A model generated the notes under the pieces. That model was given only the letters and a program-made list of their open reading frames with translations, did not search any database and was not told the DNA's origin. From contig NC_057718.1 of the NCBI RefSeq assembly GCF_004010195.1, positions 77,811,571-77,875,570 on the forward strand: a DNA stretch of 64,000 nucleotides, in the 5' to 3' direction. The first letter of the stretch is position 1. Every line of letters starts with the position of its first letter. This DNA is from Chiloscyllium plagiosum (taxonomy: Eukaryota). Of the stretch, positions 36,040-48,939 are shown in pieces. The position numbers and the translations under genes are program-made.

Positions 36040-38272
36040 ATTGTCCGATCTCTCAGTGGGAGAGCATTTCAGTGATAGTGATCAAACCCCCTGACCTTTA
36101 CTGTACTCATGGAGAGGGGTAGGAGCAGACAGCGTGGGAAAGTATTTATTTGGGGGAGGGGAAATGACAATGCTATTAGGTAGGAACTGGGGTGCCTAAA
36201 TTGGGAACAGATGCTCTCAGGGAAATGCACAACAAATGTGGAAGTTGTTTAGGAAGAACTTGCTGATTGTGCTGGACAGGTTTGTCCCACTGAAGCAAGA
36301 AAGGAATGGTAGGTTGAAAGAACCTTGCGTGACAAGGGATGTGGAACATCTCTCTAGTCAAGAGGAAGAAGGAAGCTTATTTATGGTTGAGGAGGCAAGG
36401 ATCAGACAGGGCTTTAGATGGTTACAAGATAGCCAAGAATGGACTTAGGAGAGCTAGAAGGGGGCATGAAAATGCTATAGCAGTAGAATTAAGGAAAACC
36501 CTAAGGCACTTATGTGAGGAACAAGAGGATGGCCAGAGAGAGGGTAGAGCCAATTAGGGATAGTGGAGGGAACTTTTATCTGGAGTCAGAGGAAGTAAGG
36601 GAGGTCCTGAATTAATACTTTGCTCTAGTATTCACTACTGAGAGGGACCTTGATGTTTCTGAGGGTAGTGTGAAACAGACTGAGATGCTAGAAAAGTTGG
36701 TTTTAGGAAGCAGGATGTGCTAAAACTTTAGAAAAAAAATTAAGGGTAGATAGATATGACTCTATATATCCCCTGGGCCAGAAGGATATACTCTAGATTA
36801 TTACAGGAAGTGAGGGAAGAGATACCTGCATCTTTGGTGATGATATTTGCTTCCTCACTGTCCACTGGAGTAGTGCCAGATGATTGGAGGGTGGCAAATG
36901 TTATTGCCTTGTTCAAGAAAGGGAATATGAATAATCCTGGGAATTACAGACCAGTCAGTCTTACGTCAGGAGAGGGCAAAGTATTGGAGAGTATTCTGAG
37001 AGACAGGATTTATGATTAGAGATAGTCAGCATGGCTTTGTGAGGGGCAGGTCATTTCTTACAAACCTTATTTAATTTGTTGGGGATGTGACAAAACACAC
37101 TGATGAAGGTAGAGCAGTGGATGTGGTGTACATGGATTTTAGCAAGGCATTAGATAAAGTTCCCCATGGTAGGCTCATTAAGAATGTAAGGAGGCATGGG
37201 ATACAGGGAAACCTGTCTGGCTGGATACTGAATTGGCTAGCCCAGAGAAGACAGAGGGTGATGGTTGAAGGCAAGTATTTAGCCTGGAGCTCCATGACCA
37301 GTGGTGTTCTGCAGAGATCGGTTCTGGGACTTCTGCTCTTGTGATTTTATAAATGACTTGGATGAGGAAGTTGAAGGGTGGGTTAGTAAGTTTGCCGATG
37401 ACACGAAGGTTGGTGGAGTTGTGGATACTGTAGAGGGCTGTTGTGGGTTGCAACAAGACATTGACAGGATGCAGAACTGGGCTGATAAGTGGCAGATGGA
37501 GTTCAACCTGGAAAAGTGTGAAGTGATTCACTTTGGAAAGTCAAATTTGAATGTGGAATACAGGGTTAAAAGAAGGATTCTTGGCAGCGTGGAGGAACAG
37601 AGGGGTCTTGGGGTCCATGTCCATAGATTCCCTCAAAGTTGTCACCTAGGTTGATAGGGTTGTTAGGAAGGCGTTTGGTATATTGGCTTTCATTAGCAGG
37701 GAGATTGAGTTTAAGACCCACACGGATATGCTGCAACTCTATCGAGCCTGGTTAGACCACACTGGGAATACTGTGTTCAGTTCTGGTCGCCTCATTATAA
37801 GAAAGATGTGGAAGCTTTAGAGAGGGTGCAGAGGAGATTTACCAGGCTCCTGCCTAGACTGGAGGGCATGACATTTATTAGAGAGCTAGAACTTTTATCA
37901 TTGGAGCAAAGAAGCATGAGAGGTGGCTTGATAGAGGTTTATAAGATGTTGAGAGGCAAAGAAAGAGTGGATAGCTAGATACTTTTTTCCCAGGACAGAA
38001 ATTTCTATCATGAGGAATCATAATTTTAAGGTGATTGGAGGAAGGTTTAGGGGAGATGTCAGAGGTAGGTTCTTTACACAGAGAGTGGTGAGTGCGTGGA
38101 ATGCATTGCCAGCAGTGGTTGTAAAGTCAGATACATTAGGGACTTTTAAGTGACTCTTGGCTAGGCACATGGAAGTTAGTACAATGAAGGGTATGTAGGT
38201 TGGTCTGATCTTAGAGTAGGATAAAAGGCCTGCACAACATTGAGGGCCAAAGGGCTTCTACTGTGCTGTGCT
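36040..38272 (+). mobile_element. CR1 LINE, 5'-truncated ORF2 and 3' UTR
   Basis: PGNYRPVSLTS, YMDFSKALDKVPHGRL, SKFADDTKVGG (ORFs 36756-37654). Confidence 0.95.
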
Positions 38273-39469
38273 TAACAATGAAACAACTAATGGGAAGAGC
38301 AAGCCCATCCTCAATGATGGCAGAGTCCAGCTTGTGAGAAAATATTCATAATTCTAAATATTCAAATCCTAGTGGGCAAACTAATATTTCCTTGACCTTC
38401 AAAATCAAATCTGAGGAAAATAAAAAAAAGTCAATGCTACATTGTAACAATTTTAATTTAATTCACAATTTACACTTAATTCAAAATTTGCAACAAATAG
38501 TCTTTCCCTTAAATAATTAACATTGACATGGGAAAACAGAGCAGCCACATCCACCAAGACAAGTATTGGATTAAAGTAAAAGACTTAAAATGCTTTCAGT
38601 AAAGATCCTGAAGATTAGGAGGCTGTTAGAATTCAGCAAAAGAAGACAAAGAAACGTATAAAGGAAAAGGTAGAAAATAAGAGTAGAACTCCAGAATTTT
38701 CTAGATTGTAGAATAGCCCTCATGGGCTGAAGGTAGCAAGCATAACCAGAATATTTTTTAAAAAGAGATAAAACAGGGAGCTATTGGCCATTAATAGTAA
38801 GGAAAATGCTAGCATCTACTATTTTGGGATGTGGTTAACAGCAGGGAAGAAATTGGACCATGAATAGAGAATTCCACCTCTCAAACCTGTTCAGTAACGA
38901 TTGATAAAATCAGAGAAATCTGATATTGGCCTGAACTTCATTTTGTCACCTGTTTCGCGTAATCCTTGAGTTAGAACATTCAAAAATGGACCCCCTTACT
39001 CCTGCTCTGCCATTCAGCGAGGTCATGGCTGAACTGGTTTTAATCTCAAATCCGCATTTCTGCCTAACCTTTGATTATCTTTAACTTTCTTGCTAAATGA
39101 GAATCTACCTACCTCTGATCTAAAAATTTTCAAGACTCTGCTTCCACCGCCTTTACATGAAGAGAGATCTAACGACTCACAATCCTCTGAAAGAAAGAAC
39201 ATTGCCTCAGCTCCATTTTAAATGGGCAAGTTGCCTATTGGTTCAAAAATATATCTCATTCCTGATCATATTGAACGACTCAGCTTCCACAGTTCTCAAT
39301 ATTCAAACAGAACTACAAAGATGCTCAACACTCTGGGAAACTAAATCCTTCTTGAGCTTCAACTTACACATACATATCATTCTGAAACTATGCCCAGGTG
39401 TAGTCACACCAAAAGTGCTGTAGCAATGTAGCAAGACTTTCTCACTATTAAACTCCACATGCTTTCAAT

Positions 39470-40373
39470 TGTTGTGAAAGTTACCTATTGGGGCTCTGGT
39501 GAAGTTTTCCCAGGTGAAGGTTGAGCATCTTAGTCCATGCTCATTTCCAGCAGCATTAGGTCTATTCCAGGCATGTTTGCATTCCCTTTCAACACTTCAG
39601 GATGGCTTGGCCATTTAGAGTGTACTGATTTGGTGGGAAAGTCAATGCTCAGGACACTCTATGGGGGGTGAAAGAAGAAACCAGGAGTTCTGAGAGACCA
39701 GAGGAAATTAAATGAGCATAAATCCCAAAGAGAAGGAGGAATCTCCTGAGAAACTAGGAGGAGAATAAGAAGCAACAACCAACAGTGGAATTGACATAGA
39801 ACCTCTGAGGCATGACTTAGTGCTGCATGCTGGGAGAGACCCTAAAAGTACTGAGAAAAACTGAGTTTAGCCAGGGAGTTGTGTCTTGTCTGGAAGATGA
39901 GGTTAAACCATTTAGAGGTGAGCATGTTGTCAAACACTCCATGTTGACCAATATTGGAGGGAGTAATGATGTGTAGCCTTTTGAGAGTGAAAAGTGAAAT
40001 CCTGCTGCAGGAAGATTGAATGTTAACAAGACTTTTGTGATTCACAGTAATCTGGTGGAGCTTCTATCAAAATTATGGGACTTGTCCTGGTTATATCTGC
40101 CACTTAATGTGCAGGTTTAGCATTTGACCACATATTGCTTGTTATTTCATATTTATTTCATGCTAATTCTGGATCTTAGAGTATAAGATAGGTATTATAA
40201 GCTGATTTATTTTTTGACTTGGATTAGTAAAGTATATGCTTGGTTGCTCAAATATGTGGAATTCAGTGGCTTTATACTATTAGTAAGGACTTGAGATCTG
40301 CAAACTTCACCTCCATTAAACAAAAAGTTACCAGTCCCTAACTGGATCATAATCTGGTCCTGGTGTCATAGCA
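39470..40373 (+). mobile_element. Solo LTR (904 bp) inserted in a minus-strand CR1
   Basis: TGTTGTGA...TCATAGCA; TSD CAAT at 39466-39469 and 40374-40377; CR1 sequence resumes across it. Confidence 0.75.
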
Positions 40374-40769
40374 CAATAAGGACCAACATTCCATATGCCT
40401 TCCTAATAATTGCTACACCTACGTATGAACATTCTGTGATTCATGTGGAGCTTGGGTGTTGAGAAGAGGAGGTGTGGGGGCTTGGTCTCCTTGATAAGTC
40501 AAGGACTCAGTTTTATAGCTAGCCAGGAGCTAGAGCAGATTATAATCCCACTAGACTTTCTTGGTGAACTAGTCACATAACTAAATCAAAAACATCCCAA
40601 GCCTACAATACTAATTCAGAGTTGGAACTTTTTTGATGTGTTCTAAATGCTGCAGAATTGCCCATTGGAAGTTTTATCTTCCTGCAGAGTTGATTGCATT
40701 GAGACTTCTGTGTGGTCCCAATACATTACTCCAGTTTACCCCTCAGCAAAGACTATCTGAGCCAATATT

Positions 40770-41120
40770 CTTGAGGAACTGGACAGAGTAGGGATTGGGA
40801 AGATGTTTCTCTTAGCTGGGAAATCTAGAACTAGAAGGGCAACATCTCAGACTAAGACATCATCCTTTAGAAGTGAAATGTGCAGACATGCATTCATGCA
40901 AATAGAGGAGGATCTTTGCAATTCTCTACTCCAAAGAACCATGAAAGATCAGTTATTGACCACATTCAACAGACATTGGTGCAGTTCTGAACACTGAGGA
41001 AATTAGGAGATTATGGAAATAGTGCAGAAATATATAATTGATGCAGGAGATTAGCCATGATTATATTGAATTACAGAGTGAACATGAAAAACAGACTGGC
41101 TTGGTCTAGTTCTTACTTTG
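40770..41120 (+). mobile_element. Degraded CR1 3' end
   Basis: ORF 40803..40997 MFLLAGKSRTR...FRSEMCRHAFMQ. Confidence 0.7.
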
Positions 41121-41934
41121 GACATGTATGCTCGAGTGCAAAAGACAAAGCAGAGTTATTTGCAATAATCTGCAGCCAGAAGTGCTCTGAGGGTAATTTA
41201 CCTCAATCTTATCCTGAGGTTCCCAACATCAGAAGTGTTAGGTAAAAGCTAAGTCCTGTGAACAAAAGCAGGACAAATCAAATTCAGTTAATTATCACCC
41301 ACCAATCATCACTGAGGTGACTGAAGGGATTGTTAACAATTCTATCAACTGGCATTTACTCACAAATAACCTTCACATTAATGCTCAGTTTGGGTTTTGC
41401 CAGAATCATTCAGCTCCAGACCTTAGTACAACATTGATGCAAACATGGACAAAAGAGCTGAATTCTAGAGATAAGATGAGAATGGAACAAAGACCTAGTA
41501 GAACTGACCACAATGGGAATCGTGGGGAAACCTTTCACTAGCAGAAGTTATACGTAACATAAAAGATGATGGTTATGTTTGTTGAAAGCTACATTCCCTC
41601 ATTTTTTCCGCATGGGCATCTGAGGTCTATGCATTGCAGCAACTTCTGCAAACATAAGTCACTGTATTGGCATGCTAATCAGCATGCAAGGATACTTGCA
41701 GCTTAGCGAGAACATAGGTTGGAAGCCAATCATCTCAACCCTCAGATATCACTAAATGAGTTCCTCAGGACAGGATCCTATCGTCCTCAACAGCTTTGCC
41801 AATGACATTTCCTCCATCATAAGATCATAAGTGAAGATGTTCATTTATGACTGCATAGTATTCAGGTCCATTTGCAACTCCTCAGATAATGTAGCCTACC
41901 ATACCTGCATGTAGCAAGACTTGGACAACATTCA

Positions 41935-42031
41935 GAGCTGAAAATGTGTTGCTGGAAAAGCGCAGCAGGTCAGGCAGCATCCAGGGAACAGGAGAATTGA
42001 CGTTTCGGGCATAAACCCTTCTTCAGGAATG
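41935..42031 (-). mobile_element. Single-arm PLE family A insertion with hammerhead core
   Basis: Perfect 14-bp TSD TTGGACAACATTCA at 41921-41934 and 42032-42045. Confidence 0.82.
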
Positions 42032-42051
42032 TTGGACAACATTCACCCTTG

Positions 42052-42259
42052 GCAAAAGTGAGGACCGCAGATGCTGGAGATTACAGTCAAGAGTGTGGTG
42101 CTGGAAAAGCACAGCAGGTCAGGCAGCATCCGAGGAGCAGGAAAATCAATGTTTTGGGCAAAAGCGCTATTCCTGATTAAAGGCTTTTGCCCGAAACTTT
42201 GCTTTTCCTGCTCCTCAGATGCTGCCTGACCTGCTATGCTTTTCCAGCACCACACTCTT
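42052..42259 (-). mobile_element. Fold-back mini PLE, family A
   Basis: Tail on left; TSD GACAACATTCACCCTTG (42035-42051) / GACAACATTCATGCTTG (42260-42276). Confidence 0.88.
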
Positions 42260-43189
42260 GACAACATTCATGCTTGAACCAATAAACACAAAGTAATATT
42301 TTTAGTACAGAACTGCCAGGCGATGCTAACTCCAAGAAGACAGTGTCTAGCCAGTTCTCTAGATATTAAATGGGATCATCATTGTCAAATCCCACAATTA
42401 TCATTGTAAACTTAACTGGACTCTAGTCATTCAAATACTGGACCAAGGCTATGGTGAATAACTCGCATTCCAACTCCCAGAGTCTATGTATCATCTTTAA
42501 GACACATGTCAGGAGGTGGAATCAAATTGCCTGCATGAAAACAGAAATTGAACACAATTCAAGAAAAAAATAGGCTTGACTGAAACCAATTCCTGCACCT
42601 TAAACATTTATTCCCTCCTCCACCGATGCATTTTATCTGCAGTGAGTACCAGCTTCAAGATGCATTCTAGAAATTAGCAAAGACTGATCTGACAAAGAAC
42701 ACTGAGTGATGCATGGAAACACCACTCTCTCCAAGTTCCACTAAAGGCCACACACAATTCTGACTTGGAAGTATATCACTGTTCCTTAACTATTGCTGTG
42801 CTACTATCCTAGAACCCCCAATTGAACTGCACTGAGGGAAATTTTAACAACATGGCCGACAGCAATTGGTTCACCTCTGGCTTTGAAATCAATTGAGAAT
42901 AATCAATAAATGTTGACTTTGCCAGAGTGAAATCTCAAAAATTAATTAAATAACTGTTGGATTTAGGGTAAGCTTGCCAATTGGATGCAGATAGTTCTTC
43001 TATAATGCAACCACTGAGTTCTTGTGCAGCCCTGCATTATAGAAAAATAGCAGTTTAGAAACAGCGAGTAAAATGTCGATGTAATCATATTACAGCCAAC
43101 ACATATTGTTAGAAACAGTGTCCCAAAGTCATTAATCGTGTTACAGCAAATTTGCATAAACAAAACGCACATAACAGAATGGCCTGTAC

Positions 43190-44292
43190 ATAATTAGCTT
43201 AACAGAGAGTGGTGGTGGAGGGTTGCTATTTGGACTGGGTGCCTGTTACTAGCAATGTTTCACAGGGATTGGTTCTGAGTCCTCTTTTGTTTGTCATTTA
43301 TATAAATTATTTGGATGAGAACACAGAAGGTATGATTAGGAAGCTTGTGGATGACATCAACATTGGTGGCATAGTAGATAGTGAAGAATGTTTTCTAAGG
43401 TTACAAAGGGAGTACATCGGCTGAAAAATGGCAGATGCAGTTCAATCTGGATAAATACAAGGTATTGCAATTTGGTACAACAAGAAGGGTGGAGATTATA
43501 CAAGTAATGGTAGGGCCTTGGGTAATGTTAAGATTAGAGTGGTGCTGGAAAAGCACATCAGGTGAGGCAGCAGCCGAGGAGCAGGAAAATCAATGTTTTG
43601 GGCAAAGTGCCTTCATCAGCTTTTGCCCGAAACGTCGATTTTCCTGCTCGTCGAATGCTGCCTGAGCTGCTGTGCTTTTCCAGCATCACTCTAATCTTGA
43701 CTCTAATCCCCAGCATGTGCAGTACCCACCTCCGCCTTGGGTAGTGTTGTAGAAGAGAGGGACTTAGGGGTGCAGATACATAAATCTTTGAAGTTTGCAT
43801 CACATATGGACAAGAAGGTTAAAAAGACATTTGGTGTGCTTGTCTTCATTGCTGAGTCCTTTGAGTCTAGGAGATGGGAAGTCATGTTGAAGTTCAACAG
43901 AACATTGGTGAGGCCTCTTCTGGAATACTGTGTCCAGTTCTGGTTGCCAAATTATAGGAAGGATATTATTAAGGTTGAGAGGGTTCAGGAGAGATTCACT
44001 AGGATGTTGCCGGGTATGGAAGGTTTGAGTTATAAAGAAAGGCTGGATAGTTTGGGGCTTTCTTCAGTGAAGCATAGGACATTGAGAGGTGACCTTTTCA
44101 AAGTTTGTAAAATAACGAGGGGTATAGATAGAGTTAATGGTGGTTGTCTTTTCCCTGGGATGGGGGTTACAAGACTAGAGGGCACATTTTTAAGATGAGA
44201 GGGAAATGTTTCTAAAATACATTTTGAGTTGGTGTGTGGAATGAACTTCCTGAGGAAGTGGTGGATGTGAGCACAATTGCAATGTTTAAAAT
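43190..44292 (+). mobile_element. CR1 RT/3' fragment
   Basis: ORFs 43209..43424 and 43737..44198 (LVRPLLEYCVQFW). Confidence 0.92.
43530..43733 (+). mobile_element. Fold-back mini PLE, family A
   Basis: TSD GCCTTGGGTAATGTT (43515-43529) / GCCTTGGGTAGTGTT (43734-43748). Confidence 0.88.
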
Positions 44293-44825
44293 ACATTTCA
44301 GGGAACATCTCTAGGACACAAGAACTAAACAACCCCACTGCTCTGTGGCTGACCACTTCAGCTCTCCCTCCCATTCTACCAAGGACATGTAAGTTCTAGG
44401 CTTCCTCCACCACCAAATCCAAGCCAACTGACGAATGGAAGAAGAATGTCTCATCTTCCACCTTGGGATGCTTCAACCATATGGTATCAACATTGTCTTC
44501 ACTAGTTTCCAAATCTCCCTTCCCCCTACCTCATCCCAGATTCTCCAATGCAGCACCATTCTCTTCGCTTGTCCTACCTGTCCATTTTCCTTCTTACCTA
44601 TCTGCTCCACCTTCCCCACCGACCTATCACAATCACCCCTGACCTGTACCGACCTATTGTTTTCCCCCAGCCCCACCCCACACTTCTATTTATCTCTCAG
44701 CCCCCTTCCCCTCCCCACCTCCCACATTCCTGATGAAGGGTTTATGCCCGAAATGTCGATTCTCCCGCTCCTCAGATGCTGCCTGACCGGCTGTGCTTTT
44801 CTAGCGCCACATTTTTTGACTCTGG
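44293..44825 (+). mobile_element. PLE family A 3' end (GIY-YIG C-terminal half, 3' UTR, hammerhead at ~44726-44761)
   Basis: FREHL*DTRTKQPHCSVADHFSSPSHS...EEECLIFHLGMLQPYGIN; ATTC-CTGATGA-A-GGGT-TTAT-GCCC-GAAATGTC. Confidence 0.9.
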
Positions 44826-44999
44826 TTTACTAACTCTGGCAATGCATTTAATTTGTGCACTTAAAATATTTATCTCAAATTTTCTTAAATCCGATATTTT
44901 GGTTTGGTATGGTCCTTCATTTTAAGCCCTTCAATCATTGAAAACAGGCTATAATAAATCTACTCTTCCATCTTTTTATTAATTTTAAACCTCCAGTTC

Positions 45000-46230
45000 A
45001 CTGCCCTCAGTGAGACTCAGCTACCTGAGGAGGGTCAGCTAATGGAAACTGGTGTAGGTTACACATTCTTTTGGAGTGGTTGGGAAAAGAAGAATAATGT
45101 AAAGGAGAGTGGTTTTTGCTGTCATGAAACATCCCTTGAACAAGTTGACTTGCCTTCAAGTGAGCGTCATCATTTAAATGGTTCTTAAACTCTTCCTGGA
45201 CAGCAACAGACAAGAAACCTTCTGAATGTATAGATCCACCATGATCAACCCTAGTGAAGTCATGGACAAGTGCTATGATGGGTTCCACTCCTTGACTGCT
45301 ATGGTACCAAAGTCAGACAAGCTAACCATTCCTGGTGAGTTCAAACCAAGATTAGGCTTGGGATGGTGTCATTCTGAAAAAGGGAGTTGGCAGTTCTAAC
45401 AGCAGTTGTCTTCTTTTACTGAAGATGTAACCTGAGCCTGAGCTCTTCATCAACAACAGCTTTCTGCCTCTCTAGTTGAAACAAGATATCTTATTTGCAC
45501 CCTGTTCTATAGTTTGGCACCTAATTGATCATGTCACTGCCAGACAGAGGGACAGACAGGATCTGCATGCAACAAAACCCATGAACTGACTGCTGGATTC
45601 ACCATTGTCTTATCATTTCAAAATTCAACATTCAAGATTTATCTCTTGAAACATCCCCAAGGCCCAAAGTCCAAATATGTCTCAATATCAGGTCCAAACA
45701 AGCAGTCATGAAGGAATCTCTTTAAAGAATTTTGAGTGTTACCTGTGTCACGAAAAATCAGCACTGATATGAAATGCTGACTTACCTGTCTCTTCAGAAC
45801 AGATTTCTGGACAGAGACTGAGGCCTACAACTTCTGCCATGCTATGGGGGTTTGTGCACACAGAGCAAGGCTGATTATGCACGTTCAGCGCAGCATCTGA
45901 GCCTTTTATGTAATAACTGTAGATACAGATTTGTATCTGCATTGTGGAGTATGCAAAGGGTGAACATTGCATCGGGACTGCAAGAAACCCTGTCTACAAG
46001 ACTTGGTATAGCACAAATGGGAAGTCCGTGAAACATAGTCAAGTGCACAGCAGCAGGGAAACAGGTTCCATATCCAAAAGGTGCTCTGCAGCAAGTTGCA
46101 GGAAATTTAGGATCCAGTAGATGCAGCTATAAGCTAGGGTTCGCACTCAGGAAAAGCCTGCTGGAGCAATAAAGTCTTGGATAACACTCTGCAATCCACT
46201 GATGGTTTTCAGTGCAGATGAATTTCAGGC
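45000..46230 (+). mobile_element. Decayed RTE-clade LINE, AP-endonuclease region
   Basis: LSETQLPEEGQLMETGVGYTFFWSG, PTMINPSEVMDK, VPKSDKLTIPGEF, WHLIDHV..RQRDRQD; right boundary uncertain. Confidence 0.8.
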
Positions 46231-46608
46231 TAAAGAGGCTCATATTTGCTTGGTACAGCTGAAAAATATCAATGTTTGGAGGAATCCAAGGATACTTGCA
46301 GCTTAGTGATACTAGTAATCAAGCAGGAAATCGGAGATACATGCGGTAAAGGACCATCTGTAATAATGGGTACTTTAATCTGCATATAGATTGGGCAAAA
46401 CATATTAGTCAGAATACTGTACAGGAGAAATTCCTACAGTGTATATAGATAGTTTTCTGTACCAATATATTAAGTAGCCAACCACATAACAGGCCATCTT
46501 AGAAGGATATTGTACAATGAGAAAGGAATAATTGGGAATGCAACTGTGAGAGTTGGGGATGAACAACCATAATATGACAGCATTTTTCATAAAGATAAAG
46601 AGTAAGGA

Positions 46609-47160
46609 AAATAAACAAAGAACTGCGGATGCTGTAAATCAGAAACAAAACAGAAATTTGAAAAACAGAAACAATAGGTGGAGATGGAGCCCAGAGAGAG
46701 AGAGAAGGCAGCTAGGCAGACGAAGGAATGGCTAAAGATCAGCCTTGAAGAATCAATAGCTGCTAATGGGGACCACTTGTGGCTGACAATGGGTTGTTTG
46801 CTATTGCAGCCCATGTGATGACAAGGTCTTGCGTGTGGGGTTGAGGTAAGGACATGGGAGAAGATGCTCAGGTCCTAAAATTATTGAACTCGATATTGAG
46901 TCTTGAAGGCTGCAAGGTCCCTAAGTGAATAATGAGGTGCTGCTTTTCAAGCTTGTGCTGAGCTTTGCTGGAGCACTGCAGCAAGCTTGAGACAGAGATG
47001 TTGGTGCTTTCAGTGTCAGGTAACAGTGTCATTGTCAGGGTCATTTTGCATTAAAAAGGTAAGTGTTCAGCAAAGTGGTCTCCACAATATTGAGCAGACC
47101 ACATTGTGAGCAGCGAATACAGTTGACCAGATTGAACAAAGTGTGGGTAAGTTGCTGTTT
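46609..47160 (-). mobile_element. PLE family C 3' end with GIY-YIG remnant
   Basis: Minus strand NLVNCIRCSQCGLLNIVET and KLEKQHLIIHLGTLQPSRLNIEFNNF. Confidence 0.85.
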
Positions 47161-47679
47161 TAGAATTAGAATGAGCCTTATTGTGACATGTACTCACATG
47201 AAGAAAAACATCTTTCCTGCAACAGTTCTGTAACTGTGACTTTTAACTAATAAGTCAGAGACATTTTAAGAGGAATCTGACCACCTTGTGTCACTTCACA
47301 ACTAATGGAAGCATTTGGAGAAAAATGACTGAAACAGCCATAAGGATCATGAGAAGTGTCATGACGATCACTTCAACATCAGTACCTGGGAATAAAGACT
47401 GCTGAACATGTGTTTCTTGTTTTTCCCTCTCTGTCAGTCTGTAAGGGGGAGTTTATTATATGCTGATGGTTAACCTGCAACTAGAGTTTAATTATTTGTA
47501 ATAAATACTAATTGTTGTTCAGTTCAGAAACCCACTCCACATCTTCTATCAACCTGGATCTGTAAAGGTCAGAAATATTGTGAAACTTTGCATATTTTTA
47601 AAAAAATTAACTTTTGCATTGATTCTGAAAATAGCAGAGTTTGATTTTCAGTGTGCTCTCAATGAGTTGTAACAGTGGC

Positions 47680-48930
47680 TAAAGAGTTAATTAATGCATT
47701 TGTGTTAACTTTGCAAAATTCTCTACATTTAGGAAAGTTCCATCATGCCGGTCATGAAAGAGAGTAAAGCTGGACATATATTAAACCTCAAGGGAATTGT
47801 GAGGAGTTAGTATTATTTTGTGAAAGAGATATCATGTTTAACTAACTTATTTAAGTTTTTTGAAGGAGTAATGTGTGTTGTGGATAAAAGGAAGCCTGTA
47901 CACACAGTACTTGGATTTCCAGAAGGCATTATAAGAAGGTGTCACCTTAAAGATTATGTTAGAAAATAAATGGTCATGGTGCAAGGACAAAATATTACCA
48001 TGGATAGGTAACTGGTTGGCTGGCAGAAAACAGACAGTATGCATAAATGAGCGTTTCTCTGATTGACCAGACCTGACAAGTGGGGTGTCGAAGGTGTCTG
48101 TGCTGTGTTCTCAACTTTTTACAATTTACATCAACAACTTAGGCAACAGGAGCAAAGTCATGGTAGCTAAATTCACAGATGACACAAAGATAGGTAGGAA
48201 AGTATTTTGTGAAGAAAACATAGATAATTTGGGATGGATATAGAAAGGTTTAGTGAGTGGGCAAAAATCTGGCAGTGGGAGAAAAATGAGGGAAAATGTG
48301 AAGTTGTATGTTTTGGTGGGAAGAATAAAAAAGCAAAGCACACTTAAATAAGGAGCGCAGAATTCTGAGGTACAAACAGTCCTAGCTGTTCTAGTGCATT
48401 TATCACAAAATGGTAGTATGCAGGTACAACACATAGCTGGAAATGTGTTGCTGGAAAAGCGCAGCAGGTCAGGCAGCATCCAGGGAACAGGAGANNNNNN
48501 NNNNNNNNNNNNNNNNNNNNNNNNNNNNNNNNNNNNNNNNNNNNNNNNNNNNNNNNNNNNNNNNNNNNNNNNNNNNNNNNNNNNNNNNNNNNNNNNNNNN
48601 NNNNNNNNNNNNNNNNNNNNNNNNNNNNNNNNNNNNNNNNNNNNNNNNNNNNNNNTGCTGCCTGACCTGCTGCGCTTTTCCAGCAACACATTTCCAGCTC
48701 TGATCTCCAGCATCTGCAGACCTCACTTTCTCCTCAAAGGTACAACACATAACCAAGAAGGCTAATTGGATGCTATACTTTTATTATGAAAGGAACTGAA
48801 CATGAAAGCAAGAATGCTATGCTTTAGTTTTGCAGGGTTAGTGAGAATACGTTTTAAATACTGTCAGTTTTGGTTTCCTTGTCTACAAAAGGATGGATAC
48901 ACGTGGATATGGTTCAGAAGAGGTCTACTG
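47680..48930 (+). mobile_element. CR1 RT fragment
   Basis: YLDFQKA and KFTDDTKIG motifs readable on +. Confidence 0.85.
48436..48737 (+). mobile_element. Fold-back PLE family A with assembly gap (N 48495-48655) at the apex
   Basis: Inverted arms flank the Ns; perfect TSD AGGTACAACACATA at 48422-48435 and 48738-48751. Confidence 0.9.
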
Positions 48931-48939
48931 AATGTCTTC

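Larger units (their letters stand above)
41130..42930 (+). mobile_element. Decayed CR1/L2-group LINE (distinct family)
   Basis: SAKDKAELFAIICSQKC and AQFGFCQNHSAPDL (ORFs 41057..41245, 41317..41541). Confidence 0.75.

Noticed and set aside
48126..48765. Long ORFs spanning X runs
   Set aside because: Artefact of translating through the N gap.
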